A stretch of 57,848 nucleotides of DNA, filler included, from Catajapyx aquilonaris (taxonomy: Eukaryota): assembly GCA_000934665.2 (NCBI GenBank). It is 3 parts of 3 records of this genome, joined end to end, with 100 filler letters (N's around TTAATTAATTAA, not from the genome) between each part and the next. Parts side by side here need not be neighbours in the genome. Positions count along the whole stretch, not along the records: positions 1 to 17,962 come from JYFJ02006815.1; 2 more parts are not named here. One strand, given 5' to 3'. The position numbers were made by a program, and so were the translations under genes. Below are positions 1 through 11,721 of the stretch, one piece after another. Each line of letters starts with the position of its first letter. The stretch's first letter is position 1. The notes under the pieces were generated by a model that was given only the letters and a program-made list of their open reading frames with translations, was not told the DNA's origin and did no database searches.

Positions 1-1203
1 TCATTAACTGTGAGTTGTACTCCCACTTTACAAATTAACATAACATTCTTCTGAGCGAGAACCTCGACCGTTATACACCTTATTCATGCCATAACTTCGT
101 ACACACAGGCCCTTCATTTGTTTTCAAAGCAATCTCAATCGTTAAACCTCTCCTGCCAACAAGTGTGGCCAGCCTAATCAAAGTGCACGGCACTGATCGG
201 TCCACGTGGGTGTCTGCTCTGCTCGAAGTGATCGAACCAGATCAGTTGCCAGCCTATTGGGGTGGGTCACAGGTTGACCCAAAAGACGGTGACCCCAGAT
301 GTCCATCCAAGGTATGTAACAAGACACTCTTGTCTTTACACTTTACTCTGCCAATCTCTTCAGTGGCATACTGGTATGTGAACGCTATAAAAGTATAATT
401 ATGATTATTTTTCTCCTTAATAAAGGTGTGCGTTCGATGCGATATTCCACAATCTGTTTACATCAGGAACAAATTGAGTTTAATAAAGAAAAGTCTGACG
501 AAAGCAATTGTCGAACACGGAGGAACTCTTAAAATTAGTAGAAATGTTAAAATACCAGGATCAGAACTAAGGTATACTGCTGGTTACAATAATGATGATG
601 TTGATCATTAATGTATTAATCTTATTGCAGGTGGTCCTTCTATTCGGACGGCCAAGATGTAGATTTTTCTATTCGTCATCAATTGCCCGATGGAACCGAG
701 GAAATAACTCTGGAAACAGCTCGATTACACTGCTTTTATACGCTTGTTCAAGGAAAAGTAATTTGCAAAAAGAAGGGGTTGTGTGAGTTATGGCTTTACA
801 CAATTGAGTTGACAGTAATCACCATTTTCTCAGCATAATAGTCATGCGCTCGACCAGGATAAAAGGATTACTCGTTACATTTGAGTGGATTTTGTCGATT
901 TCACCTTCATCGCGTAGGAAATTATTAATTAATCAGTTCACGTGAACGTGTCATTTTCTTAGCTAATGATGTCGAAGTCGCCAAAATAAACGGAGACTCC
1001 CGTCAATTCGCATACTTCTCACATTTTAGGCTCATTTTGAGCAAGCATTTAACATGTAAAGAGATTGATCGCGACTTACTTTGACTCACATTATAATTAT
1101 GAATATTGTTTCTATCATTTCAGATACAGCTATATTTGACAACAGTTATTTCCGGCTGAGCGACAAAACTCTTCATTTTGCTTTGGAAGTTACTTCATCT
1201 TAA
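1..1203 (+). CDS. SEC14-like (CRAL-TRIO + GOLD) lipid-binding protein, copy A; 3' part only, 5' end outside window
   Basis: GT-AG exons 1-9, 109-311, 426-571, 631-782 and 1124-1203 (TAA) splice in frame: ...PDQLPAYWGGSQVDPKDGDPRCPSK...ELRWSFYSDGQDVDF...YTAIFDNSYFRLSDKTLHFALEV. These match the SEC14L2-type CRAL-TRIO end and GOLD domain. Near-identical to 3915-5112. Confidence 0.88.
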
Positions 1204-1267
1204 CACTCACATTAATTCATATAGACGAGCACCTATCACAGTTATGTTTATGAGGCCCCTTAAATTA

Positions 1268-1553
1268 TACGGCTGCACGCTGACAACAGAGGAGTATTAT
1301 TACAAATATAAGTATTGCGCCTTTGATGGAATCATAACGAGGTGCATTTGCGAAGGCAACTTGTGCAACCCCGGAGGTGGACTGCCTATAGATGTAAGAT
1401 GTCCCTGACCCCATCACAGATGCCCCGGACAGCCCAGGTGGCCAGGCGCAGCGCCCCAACTATGGCACTGGATCTGCCACGATGGTCAGCACCCCGTCCG
1501 TCATCCTCCTCCTGTCCCAAGCAGTAGCCATGTCGCTTAGTCTGTGGAAATAG
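1268..1553 (+). pseudogene. Ly6/uPAR (three-finger, quiver-like) GPI-anchored protein C-terminal remnant, frameshifted
   Basis: YGCTL...YC...RCICEGNLCN (CxCxxxLCN motif). After a 7-nt duplication at 1390-1402 another frame continues DVPDPITDAPDSPGG...GSATMVSTPSVILLLSQAVAMSLSLWK* (spacer plus hydrophobic tail). No 5' exons visible. Confidence 0.6.
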
Positions 1554-2638
1554 TAAAAGCCTAACCACGACGCTTCACCCTGTATAAACAGGGGGAAGCC
1601 TTGAGTTGCACAGAGAAAACCATTTGCTCATAAGCTTGTTTTATTCTGATTGAACCTTGTACTTTGAAGCTTACTTTTTATACCGTATACACAGGCTGCA
1701 AGTGATTTGCTGCGTCTGAACCCCTCATTTTCTTCTGTGCCTTTTTCACAGATAATGTGAACATACTGATCACATGCGAAACACGTGAGCACCAGAAGGC
1801 ACTTCTCTCAAGCTGCACACTATAATTTTTATATTCGCACTTGTTTTTCAGTCACTTTCTCAACTGCTTCATACGACAACTGGAGTGTCTTTCCTGTTAT
1901 TGTACTGTACACGGAAAAAATATACATACTGCATATTAGTAAGATCCCAATATTACTTCTTGTGATAGTGTAAGCATGTCTTACGGGTATTACCGGGTAT
2001 TAAAGAGTGCACTAGCATACAATGAGACACATGAAGCATTGGGAGGCTCATTTATATAGGCTTTCCATTGCTGTCCATATAACTACATAGGTTAGGCAAC
2101 TGCGGCGAGCGTTCGAAAATTTTTCTATATACGAATGTGAGCTATAAATAATTATTAAACCCACGGTGTGATGACCTGAATAGCTGACATCTATGATTAG
2201 AAAACACATTCCAGTAGTAATGTTATTGTCAATAGCTAGAAGAATATTAGCACGCCAAAACAATTAATTGTCTTCCAGGGGGACTAACTGGGGTGTAAAA
2301 TTAGTACTAGTCCGTGAGGGTAGTCTCGATATCATAATTATCTATCTGCCCTTTTGCTCACACGTTATCCAATTGCAATATCATGTCAAGGACACCAGTT
2401 ATCTCTGTCTCCCTCCCTTCACCCAATCCCAGATCTCCTCAAACACAAGACAGCCCAAAAACAACCACATACTGGAAATTAATTAATCTGACAACATTGC
2501 TGCAGCTCGACCTGTCGTAGTAGACGACTGAACATATAGGCTACTTGCAAAAATTCACATATTGTTGCGTTATTATAAAGCTGTCGTCCATTTCGATGGA
2601 TTCAGTGACTGACCAAAAGTCACTCGTGGCCTTTAGAA

Positions 2639-5112
2639 ATGGCTACCTACAGAGTGGATCTCACGCCAAGTCAGACGGAATCTTTGAAAAAGGTAAGGAA
2701 AATAGTTCCACTTCGTACCCCATCCTATATTGGCCTATGTGACACGTAGTCTAGCATTGCCTTCATATAATAATCCACAAAAACAAGTCATAAGCACTTT
2801 GCCCCCTCAGTTTCGGGAGCTGGTGTCAGATATTACAAAACCAGAACACCATGATGCCTACCTCACTCAATGGTTGAAAGGTAATAACATTACAATGTTG
2901 TCGCTAAACACACTGTTGGAAATAAATATTATATTTCTTTAACAGTGGACTGATAATAATAATTATTGCCTATTTTTTGTTGCAGCTGAGTACTACAAGC
3001 CAGAGAGGGCTGCAGCCAAGTTCAGAGAGGTCAGGAGAGTATAATTATGCAAGAAATTTCTCTTTAAACTAATACTACTTGCTATTCACTGGAATGCCGT
3101 ACTTTACTTCCAGCACTGCAAATGGAGGAAAGAGTACGACATAGAGAGCATTATCAGGGAATGGAATCCTCCAGATTACATGAAACCACTCTCTGATTTT
3201 AATTTCGTTGGATTTTCAAAGGATGAAAGCACCCGTGAGTCATTCTTCTGTAGAGACTATTTTTGAGAACGAATTTGGTTCAGGCAAACCCTAGAGAGGC
3301 AAACATCATTTTGAATTCCACGCTTGTATGGATCTTAATCCTTCACAGTTTGGATAATGCCAGTCGGTTCCTGGGATGTCAGAGGAGTATTGCAGTCGGT
3401 GAATGCAGAATACCTTGTCCTGTCTTTTCTCTACCTTAAAGTGAGAACCACTCTTGCCTTGGACAAACTCAGCGAGGAGAAAGGCAGCTACATTTCGAAA
3501 CAGATGGTCATCTTTGACATGGAAAACCTTGATTACTACACGGCATTTTATAAGACACGTAACAGCAGGAACAATCTCTAGCCACGGGGGCATAATTAAA
3601 TTACCGTGCCAGGAAAAATATGGCGCATCTTTCTGCGCATATTTTCTGGTGATCGTATTCGATTCGCTCAATATATCAGTCCTGTTAAGAAATTTTTGAG
3701 AGGGAAATATGAGATTTCATATGAGGGATAATCAAATTCTTAATTTTGAAATTTTCACGTAACTTATATCTTACTAACTTATGCAATTGTAGTACTCTTA
3801 TCATTCTGCAGACCTTCAACTATTCAACTTTTGCTTTTTCAGTCTGGAAAATGGCATTTAAAATCTCAAAAATAGTTGCCGATAATTTTCCTGATCAACT
3901 GACTTCCATCTACATCATTAACTGTGAGTTGAACTCCCATTTTACAAATTAACATAACATTCTTCTGATCAAGAACCTCTACCGTTATACACCTTATTCA
4001 TGGCATAACTTGGTACACACAGGCCCTTCATTTGTTTTCAAAGCAATCTCAATCGTTAAACCTCTCCTGCCAACAAGTGTGGCCAGCCTAATCAAAGTGT
4101 ACGGCACTGATCGGTCCACGTGGGTGTCTGCTCTGCTAGAAGTGATCGAACCAGATCAGTTGCCAGCCTATTGGGGTGGGACACAGGTTGACCCTAAAGA
4201 CGGTGACCCCAGATGTCCATCCAAGGTATATAACAAGACACTCTTGTCTTTACACTTTACTCTGCCAATCTCTTCAGTGGCATACTGGTATGTGAACGCT
4301 ATAAAAGTACTATATTATGATTATTTTTCTCCTTAATAAAGGTGTGCGTTCGATGCGAGATTCCACAATCTGTTTACATCAGGAACAAATTGAGTTTAAT
4401 AAAGAAAAGTCTGACGAAAGCAATTGTCGAACACGGAGGAACTCTTAAAATTAGTAGAAATGTTAAAATACCAGGATCAGAACTAAGGTATGCTGTGGTT
4501 ACAATAATGATGATGTTGATCGTCATTAATCTTAATCTGATTTCAGGTGGTCCTTCTATTCGGACGGCCAAGATGTAGATTTTTCTATTCGTCATCAATT
4601 GCCCGATGGAACCGAGGAAATAACTCTGGAAACAGCTCGATTACACTGCTTTTATACGCTTGTTCAAGGAAAAGCGATTTGCAAAAAGAAGGGGCTGTGT
4701 GAGTCATGGTTTTACACAATTGAGTTGACAGTAATCACCATTTCTCAGCATAATAGTCATGCTTGATCAGGATAAAAGGATTACTCGTTACATTTGAGTG
4801 GATGTTGTCGATTTCACCTTCATCGCGTAGGAAATTATTAATTAATCAGTTCACGTGAACGTGTCATTTTCTTAGCTATGACGTCGAAGTCGCCAAAATA
4901 AACGGAGACTCCCGTCAATTCGCATACCTTCACACATTTTAGGCTCATTTTGAGCAAGTATTTAACATGTAAGGAGATTGATCGCGACTTACTTTGACTC
5001 ACATTATATGACTATTGTTTCTATCATTTCAGATACAGCTATATTTGACAACAGTTATTTCCGGCTGAGCGACAAAACTCTTCATTTTGCATTGGAAGTT
5101 ACTCCGCCTTAA
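2639..5112 (+). CDS. SEC14-like protein (SEC14L2/retinal-binding-protein type; CRAL-TRIO_N, CRAL-TRIO, GOLD), copy B, complete, about 386 aa
   Basis: Ten phase-consistent exons: 2639-2692, 2811-2880, 2986-3029, 3114-3234, 3349-3558, 3843-3923, 4023-4225, 4342-4487, 4547-4698, 5033-5112. Protein MATYRVDLTPSQTESLKKFRELV...DAYLTQWLKA...WRKEYDIESI...VIFDMENL...DNFPDQL...PDQLPAYWGG...FDNSY parallels human SEC14L2. Confidence 0.9.
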
Positions 5113-5382
5113 CACTCACAGTCAGTATACGTCTCACAGTTGTTATGCTGGTTACGCAGCCCCTCTAAATGTACTGTACGTACAAGGTGAGTTTCTAAAT
5201 GTTATAAATTGGCGGTGTGATCAAAAATCAAACAGGTTCACCGTGTATATTCCCAACATGAAGTTAACATACCCTGTGCAACATGACCTTGTTCCTGACT
5301 ACTGTAACCAATATATTAATAAATTACTGTAACTTTCTTTTGGCAATCCGCAATATTTTTAATCTCACATTACAGATTGATT

Positions 5383-8292
5383 TCATCTCCGTCCACCTTT
5401 CTTGGAGTACTTAATGAGCCTTCTTCCCAGCATCCTGATGGCTGCCCATGTCTCCTCTCCCGTCTCTTTGATCAGCTCAGGCGGAAGCAGAAACCCGTAT
5501 TTTCCGGTGTCCCTCAGTTCAACAGTGTAGGAGAACTTTATTCCTGCAACACCTTTCGCCCAGTCTCGACTGTTGCCGGAGTTGGCATCTACAGTTTATT
5601 TTGTGAATAAATAAAAAAAAAATCAAAAAAATTAGGATTGTACTATAACTACATCACATTTTCCTTACACAAAATATAGTTGGAAGCTCCGAATAAATAT
5701 TCTGTCCCATGGACGCTCCTCAAGGTGTTCACAGCATCCTGGGCCACATCCACCTGAGATATAATCATGCATATTTGATGCACATATTTGCCAAACACAA
5801 TTGACAGGAATAAGTACATGGTAGGGATCGTTTACCTCAGCAACTACCGGAGTCGTCAATTAACTCACCAATATCTCGTAATCATCCGGAAGCACATCAG
5901 TGAAACCCCATGGAATTAGCCACATCTGTTATTTTTTTTAAAAAAAATCATTATTCCATCTGCAAATTTTCTGCCTTAAATTACTGTAAAATGCTCATTA
6001 CGTATAAATAGAGCCCACCTGCTTGTAACTATGGAAGGTAATGTATGCCAGTATCTGATGCCTCTTATTTGACAAGAAAGTGGCAGTTGCGTTGCTTTCT
6101 GGTTCAGAAAATGGATGCGATCCTGCGTATGTGTTGGAACATTTTTTAGTGCTCGACCCTGCCTCTGTAAAAAAATAATACTTACATTAATAAATTTGAA
6201 TAAAAAAAAAAAGTAAGCACACCTCATACCTCGCCAGTGAAAGTCGTAGTTTCTGTTACCGTCAACTCCAACACAACCTCGAGAAGATCCAGTTTCAGAT
6301 CGCGTTTTTCTCCATAACCTGTTCTGTAAAATTAAAATTATCACAGTAATTATCATTTACAGCCAATAGACCGAATTGAACGAACCTTTCGATGCGAATA
6401 TTCGTAACCGTCCGGGTTACTGACAGGCACAAAGTACCAATCCAGGTTGTCCAGAAGGTACGGATGTCTCTCGTACTTTGTCAGAAGCTCGTTTATGATG
6501 TAAGTAACAGTCGCTGGAGATATCCACTCACGAGCATGGATCCCTATAAAGTAGCTGGAATATACCATCAGTTCTTATTTACAGGCGCATTTACTAATTT
6601 GGATGACTATTTTCATTATTTTAAAAAATTGGTACAGTGTAGTGCACCATTTTACTCGTGCCAACGTCAATCAATGGGCGTTACCGAACTGTCCGTTTAT
6701 TTTTCTTCAAGTATTGACGTACCTCCATCAACGTAAATGGCCGGTTTTGGTTTTCCGCCTGAGGATATCCGAAGCATTTTGAGATCCCGTCCTTCATAGC
6801 TCTCTCCTATGGACATTACAGTAGCCAAATGAGGGTAATCAGATTCCAGATCGTCCATCCAGTCGTGAATCTATATATTTTTTAGGAAGAAAAAATGTCA
6901 AATCTTATGACATCATATGAAACATTCTGGCAGATGACAGTTCAAGGTTGGATTAACGGAGGACAATATTTTTATATGCATTGCTGTAAATACCGGTACT
7001 GTACTTGTATTATGCAATTACCACTTCAAGCCGCTGGTAATCCTCCCAATTCATGTGATTTGTGTCTCCAACTCGACTCTTGTACTTCAGCTGTTCCTCG
7101 TCCAACAATCTGAATATTAATTAACAACCAATTAATTACACAACCATTGGATTCAAATTCCAGCTGCAGTCTCACTTTTGTACGTTGGGTATGGTCACTT
7201 CGAAGTCCATTTGGTACATTCGTAAGAATTCTCTGACCCTTCTGACCTGTCTGGGAGCTACCATGACCTCGAAGGGTCGCATCAGACTGGTGTCGCTCCA
7301 AAAGTCCAGCTCCAGTCCGCTTATTTCGGAGAGTCTCTCCAGATCGGACACTGCTGATGCATTGCCCGAACTTATTCGTAACACTTTGTACCTGTTGGTA
7401 TTTAATTCATTAATATCATAATTCATAACCACTTTTATTGAAATTCAGTTGTATCTGATTGGAATCGCTCTTTTTTGCATAATAATTACCAGGTGTTGAA
7501 TCTTCAGCTTTCCAATCAATGGTTATGAAAGTTGTTGATGATGAACAAATTATAAAGAAGCGAGTAAAACCTGTTATACACAAAAAAAACCACGTGTTCT
7601 TCCCGAAAAACACACGGTTTATGACCATGATTTAAAGTGGGTCAAGAGGACAGTGTGTCAACCCCAAAGATTGATGACCTGACTGTGACATTAGGGCAAC
7701 ATACTCCGGAAAAATACTCGCCCTACTTGTGAACATTTTTTTCCCCCGTATAATCCGCGTCAATCAGGAAAACTTTACGAGTATGAGCTTTGTAAGAATG
7801 AAGCTTCCTGATATAATGTCAAGGACCCTCTAATTGCTTGGTAATTTATGTGGAATTCCGGAATGCTTTAAAAGCCACTCCTTTAATCGTTTGTGTCCAT
7901 TTTAAACACACACAGCAATGAAACGTGACAAGAATTACATGACATACTATTGGGAAATAAAATGTTTGCCCATAAAACGAATTCCTCGATTAAAAATGTT
8001 ACAATAAAATTATGTACGGCATATACTTTTTTTCATCAGTGCAATAATCCGTCACTTGTAAATCATACATTTACGATAACTGTTGGCATAATTTTCAGCA
8101 CGCATTTAAATTACAACGAATAGCTACCAATCATAAAATATTCTGCCTGACTAATTAGCACCAATTAAAGGTTCTGATTAATGCGAACCTGGCATGAAAG
8201 TGTGTCAGAACTCACCCATCAAACCTCTCCATGGCATAACTCATCCAAGAAGAGGCCGTCACCACGAAAAACACGAGTCTCAAGATCTCCAT
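5383..8292 (-). CDS. Secreted M14A zinc metallocarboxypeptidase with prodomain; Arg at position 255
   Basis: Signal peptide MEILRLVFFVVTASSWMSYA (exon 8292-8216), prodomain exon 7391-7176, motifs GIHAREWI, NPDGY, LWRKTR, DGNRNY, TFHSY, YANSGNSRDW and YTVELRD; stop TGA at 5385-5383; GT-AG introns in phase. Confidence 0.93.
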
Positions 8293-9219
8293 CCTTCCCT
8301 CACCGTTTACAAGAGACAAATAAAAGTCAGGACTGGAGCCTATCCAACCTAACAAAACTTTTTTTTTTGTCTTCTTCCACCTCCCAAACCCACCCACCTG
8401 CACACTTTTTTTTTGTGACCTCCCAACATGAATGGCCAAAAAAAGGCACAAAAAAACAGTGTTACGTCCAATCTGAATAAGTCAACGACCCATAGTTACA
8501 TTTTTTTGAGGGGGGACAATAGGACTATTGTAGCCATTATTTTGTCATTATCTCAGAATACTGGGAAATTGGATTTTGCTGTCTGGTATGACTTCCATGT
8601 ACTGTATACGTTCATACCCAATTGGTCTACTTCAAGCTGCATGATATGACACGGAAATACACACACGGTTATAATGAATGTCGAGTGATACATGATGAAT
8701 TTATTGCTGCTGACAAGTATTATTCACGTCCTTCTTCCTTATTATATTATTCGTATACTTTTGGACAAACATATTTGGTCAGTTACACAGCATTGAACGT
8801 GGATTATTATCTAATAGTTCAGGAATACATGCTGTGTTTGATAAGAGTTTTTTTTTCATGATTAACACCTTATCTCAAGTTGGGTAAATCCAATCCCACT
8901 TTGGAATTCCCCTTTTTCATCTCGAGTAGTAACCTGTCAAAAATTATTACACAAAGAGGTGCGACAAATAATTACACCATATTGGTAAATAGGTCATTTG
9001 TTGATGAAGAATGAGCAAGTACATTATATTAGGATTTGGTTAATGGAAAAGTGATGCTCGTATGTAAGTGTATAATTAACTGGATTTCATGTCCAACGAG
9101 CACTTTTGAAAAATGTTTACTTTGAAGTACTTAACGCTTGATACAGAATTATCTAATATGACAAGGACGGTCATTTCCAATTCAGGTTGAGCCGGGTCAA
9201 TGTTCCTTTTCTTAACTTG

Positions 9220-9247
9220 TGATAAGATAAAACACCTTTATATAAAT
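9220..9247 (+). promoter_or_regulatory. Putative GATA sites and TATA box of the plus-strand carboxypeptidase
   Basis: TGATAAGATAA at about 9220-9230 and TATAAAT at 9241-9247, roughly 40 nt upstream of ATG 9282. Confidence 0.45.
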
Positions 9248-9281
9248 CGTCTCAAGGCAATTGGTACTTCATTAGCCAACC

Positions 9282-11157
9282 ATGAAGTCAATACTTGCAT
9301 TACAGCTTTTTGCACTCTTCACGTGCACTTTCTGCTCCACCATCCGATATGATGGGTAAGTATATCAATATTCATGGAGATTAATTTTTACTAAAATGTT
9401 ATTGCATTATTGAAGGCACCAAGTGTATGCGGTACATACATCAACTCCAGTGCTCATTGACCGTCTCCTGCAATTACGTCAGAATGGAATCAGCTTCTGG
9501 AATGAACCAAATGTGTACAAGCCAACGTTGATCATGGTGTCCTCCGAGCAGCAGGAGTCATTCGAGCAGCAATTAAACCTGCATGGATTTGAGTACAGAG
9601 TTACAATCAAGGATGTGCAACAGTGAGTATAGCAAAGCCATAAAGTTAATCAAGTTAATTACTTTTAATTTCTCAGGGCAATAGAAAGGACCAAGGAGGG
9701 TTCTGCAAGTGGACAAATGGATTGGGATAACTACCACAGCTTATCAACGGTTAGTAGACTCACAATAATTGGCATGTCCTGAATTGATGAAAATTAAGAA
9801 GAAAATCATAATGTTCACAACACATTGTTGGAGACTTCTCATTATACACTTCATACGTACAACTTTGCATTTCAGATCTCGTCATGGGTAGACAGCCTGG
9901 TTGCTGATTACCCTAATTTGGTCTCGGTGGAATCAATTGGACAAAGTTATGAAAACAGGACACTGCGGGTGGTCAAGATTTCTACCGGTGGCAGTGGGAC
10001 TAAACCAGCCATTTTCATCGACGGAGGTAAGTGTTAAAGTGATTTTGCCGTACTTTATAAGGTTTAAAAAAAATGGAAAATCGCAAATCACAGGGATTCA
10101 TTCCAATGAGTGGATTGCACCTGCCACTGCAACATACATAATGAACCAGCTGATTACCAATTACACCAACAATAAGGACATAGTTGATGGAATTGACTGG
10201 TACTTTTTGCCGGTTTTCAACGTCGATGGTTACGAGTACACGCACACCACTGTAAGTACTTGCACTCTTTGATAATAAGGACAGTTCATAAGTACTGCAT
10301 GCTCTAATAATTTTCAGGACCGTATGTGGCGCAAGACGCGATCAGTCTCTGTACCAGCCAGCGGATGCACAGGAACTGACCCCAACCGCAACTATGACTT
10401 CCACTGGAAGGGTATGAAATTCAATCACATTAAATTATTTCAATGTTCAAGAAAAAGATAAATAACGGAAATGATTTGCAGCTTCTGGTGGTGCCAGTGA
10501 CGACCCGTGTTCTGATGAATACAGAGGACCAAAAGCATTTTCCGAGTCTGAAACCCTTGCAATGGCAAAATATCTTACTGCTCTCGGTGACAAGCTAAAG
10601 GTGTACCTCAACTTTCACAGCTTCAGCGAGGTAATGCGTAAAACACCAAGCGTCCATTAAGCAAACTGACAATTCATGCTCTTTCTACAGTTCTGGCTCC
10701 TTCCATGGGCGTATACATTCGATGCACCAGATGACCTCGATGACATGGTAAGCAACAAGATAATAACATGATTGCAACATATCGTAACAGGCAAAGCATA
10801 CTATCAACATTAATGTTTTCATATGCAGAAACTTCTAGCAAATGATGCAGTTGAGGCACTCTTCCTTGTACATGGAACAAGATTCATTGCTGGTCCAATA
10901 CCCGAGTTGCTCTGTAAGTCCGCAGTTACCGCTTATGATACATGTGAGTATAACCATTCCGTGATTTTTCAGACCTGGCGTCTGGAGGTGGTAGTGACTG
11001 GGTGAAGGGAGTGGCAGGGATCAAGTACGCTTACGCACTGGAATTACGCGACGCTGGAGAATACAGATTTTTGCTGCCTCCAGAACAAATCATACCAAGC
11101 GGTGAAGAAACATTCGCTGCCGTGCGACTTTTAGCCGAGCGCGTCCCAAAGATGTAA
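9282..11157 (+). CDS. Secreted M14A zinc metallocarboxypeptidase with prodomain; Ser at position 255
   Basis: Signal peptide [18 protein letters not shown], prodomain, motifs [40 protein letters not shown] and YALELRD; stop TAA at 11155-11157. Intron positions mirror those of the minus-strand paralog. Confidence 0.93.
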
Positions 11158-11721
11158 ATAAACAACAGCAACAACCATCTTTTGTGTTCACAGATTTAAA
11201 TAAATGTACAGAGATGAACAATCTGTTACTTTTCTTCACTTCCTCTATTGCTTATTGCCACCTATTGGTTTATTCGGAGGATCACACTGCTGTACACAAA
11301 ACCACGCCAACGAGCCCTTACTTCGGAGTTGGTCAATTGAATAGACGACTAGTCATTGCAACATATATTTCATATTAAGCATATACAAATTAAGTATATC
11401 ACAATTATGGCACATGCTGATTCCTTGCTGCAGAATATGCCATAAGGCGAGATAATACCAACCAAAAGATGGCCATTCGGGTGCACCTCAATGATCCTTT
11501 TTCGTTAGATTAACGCAGTGATGTCTGGTGTGCCCCTCTCTGCAACTTGAGCACCAATAAATTTCCTTCCTCCAACAATTACAGATCCGAACACAACGCC
11601 AGGATCATGTGAATTCTAAAGTGAAACATAATACAACATAGTGAAAGACTTTGGCTTAACAACTGCCTCTCTTTGGCGTCAAAGCTCAACATCTTGTAAT
11701 ACAACAATACCACATGAGGCA

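Noticed and set aside
2545..2742. ORF MDSVTDQ... as the SEC14 start
   Set aside because: Out of phase with exon 2811; ATG 2639 is in phase and matches the family N-terminus.
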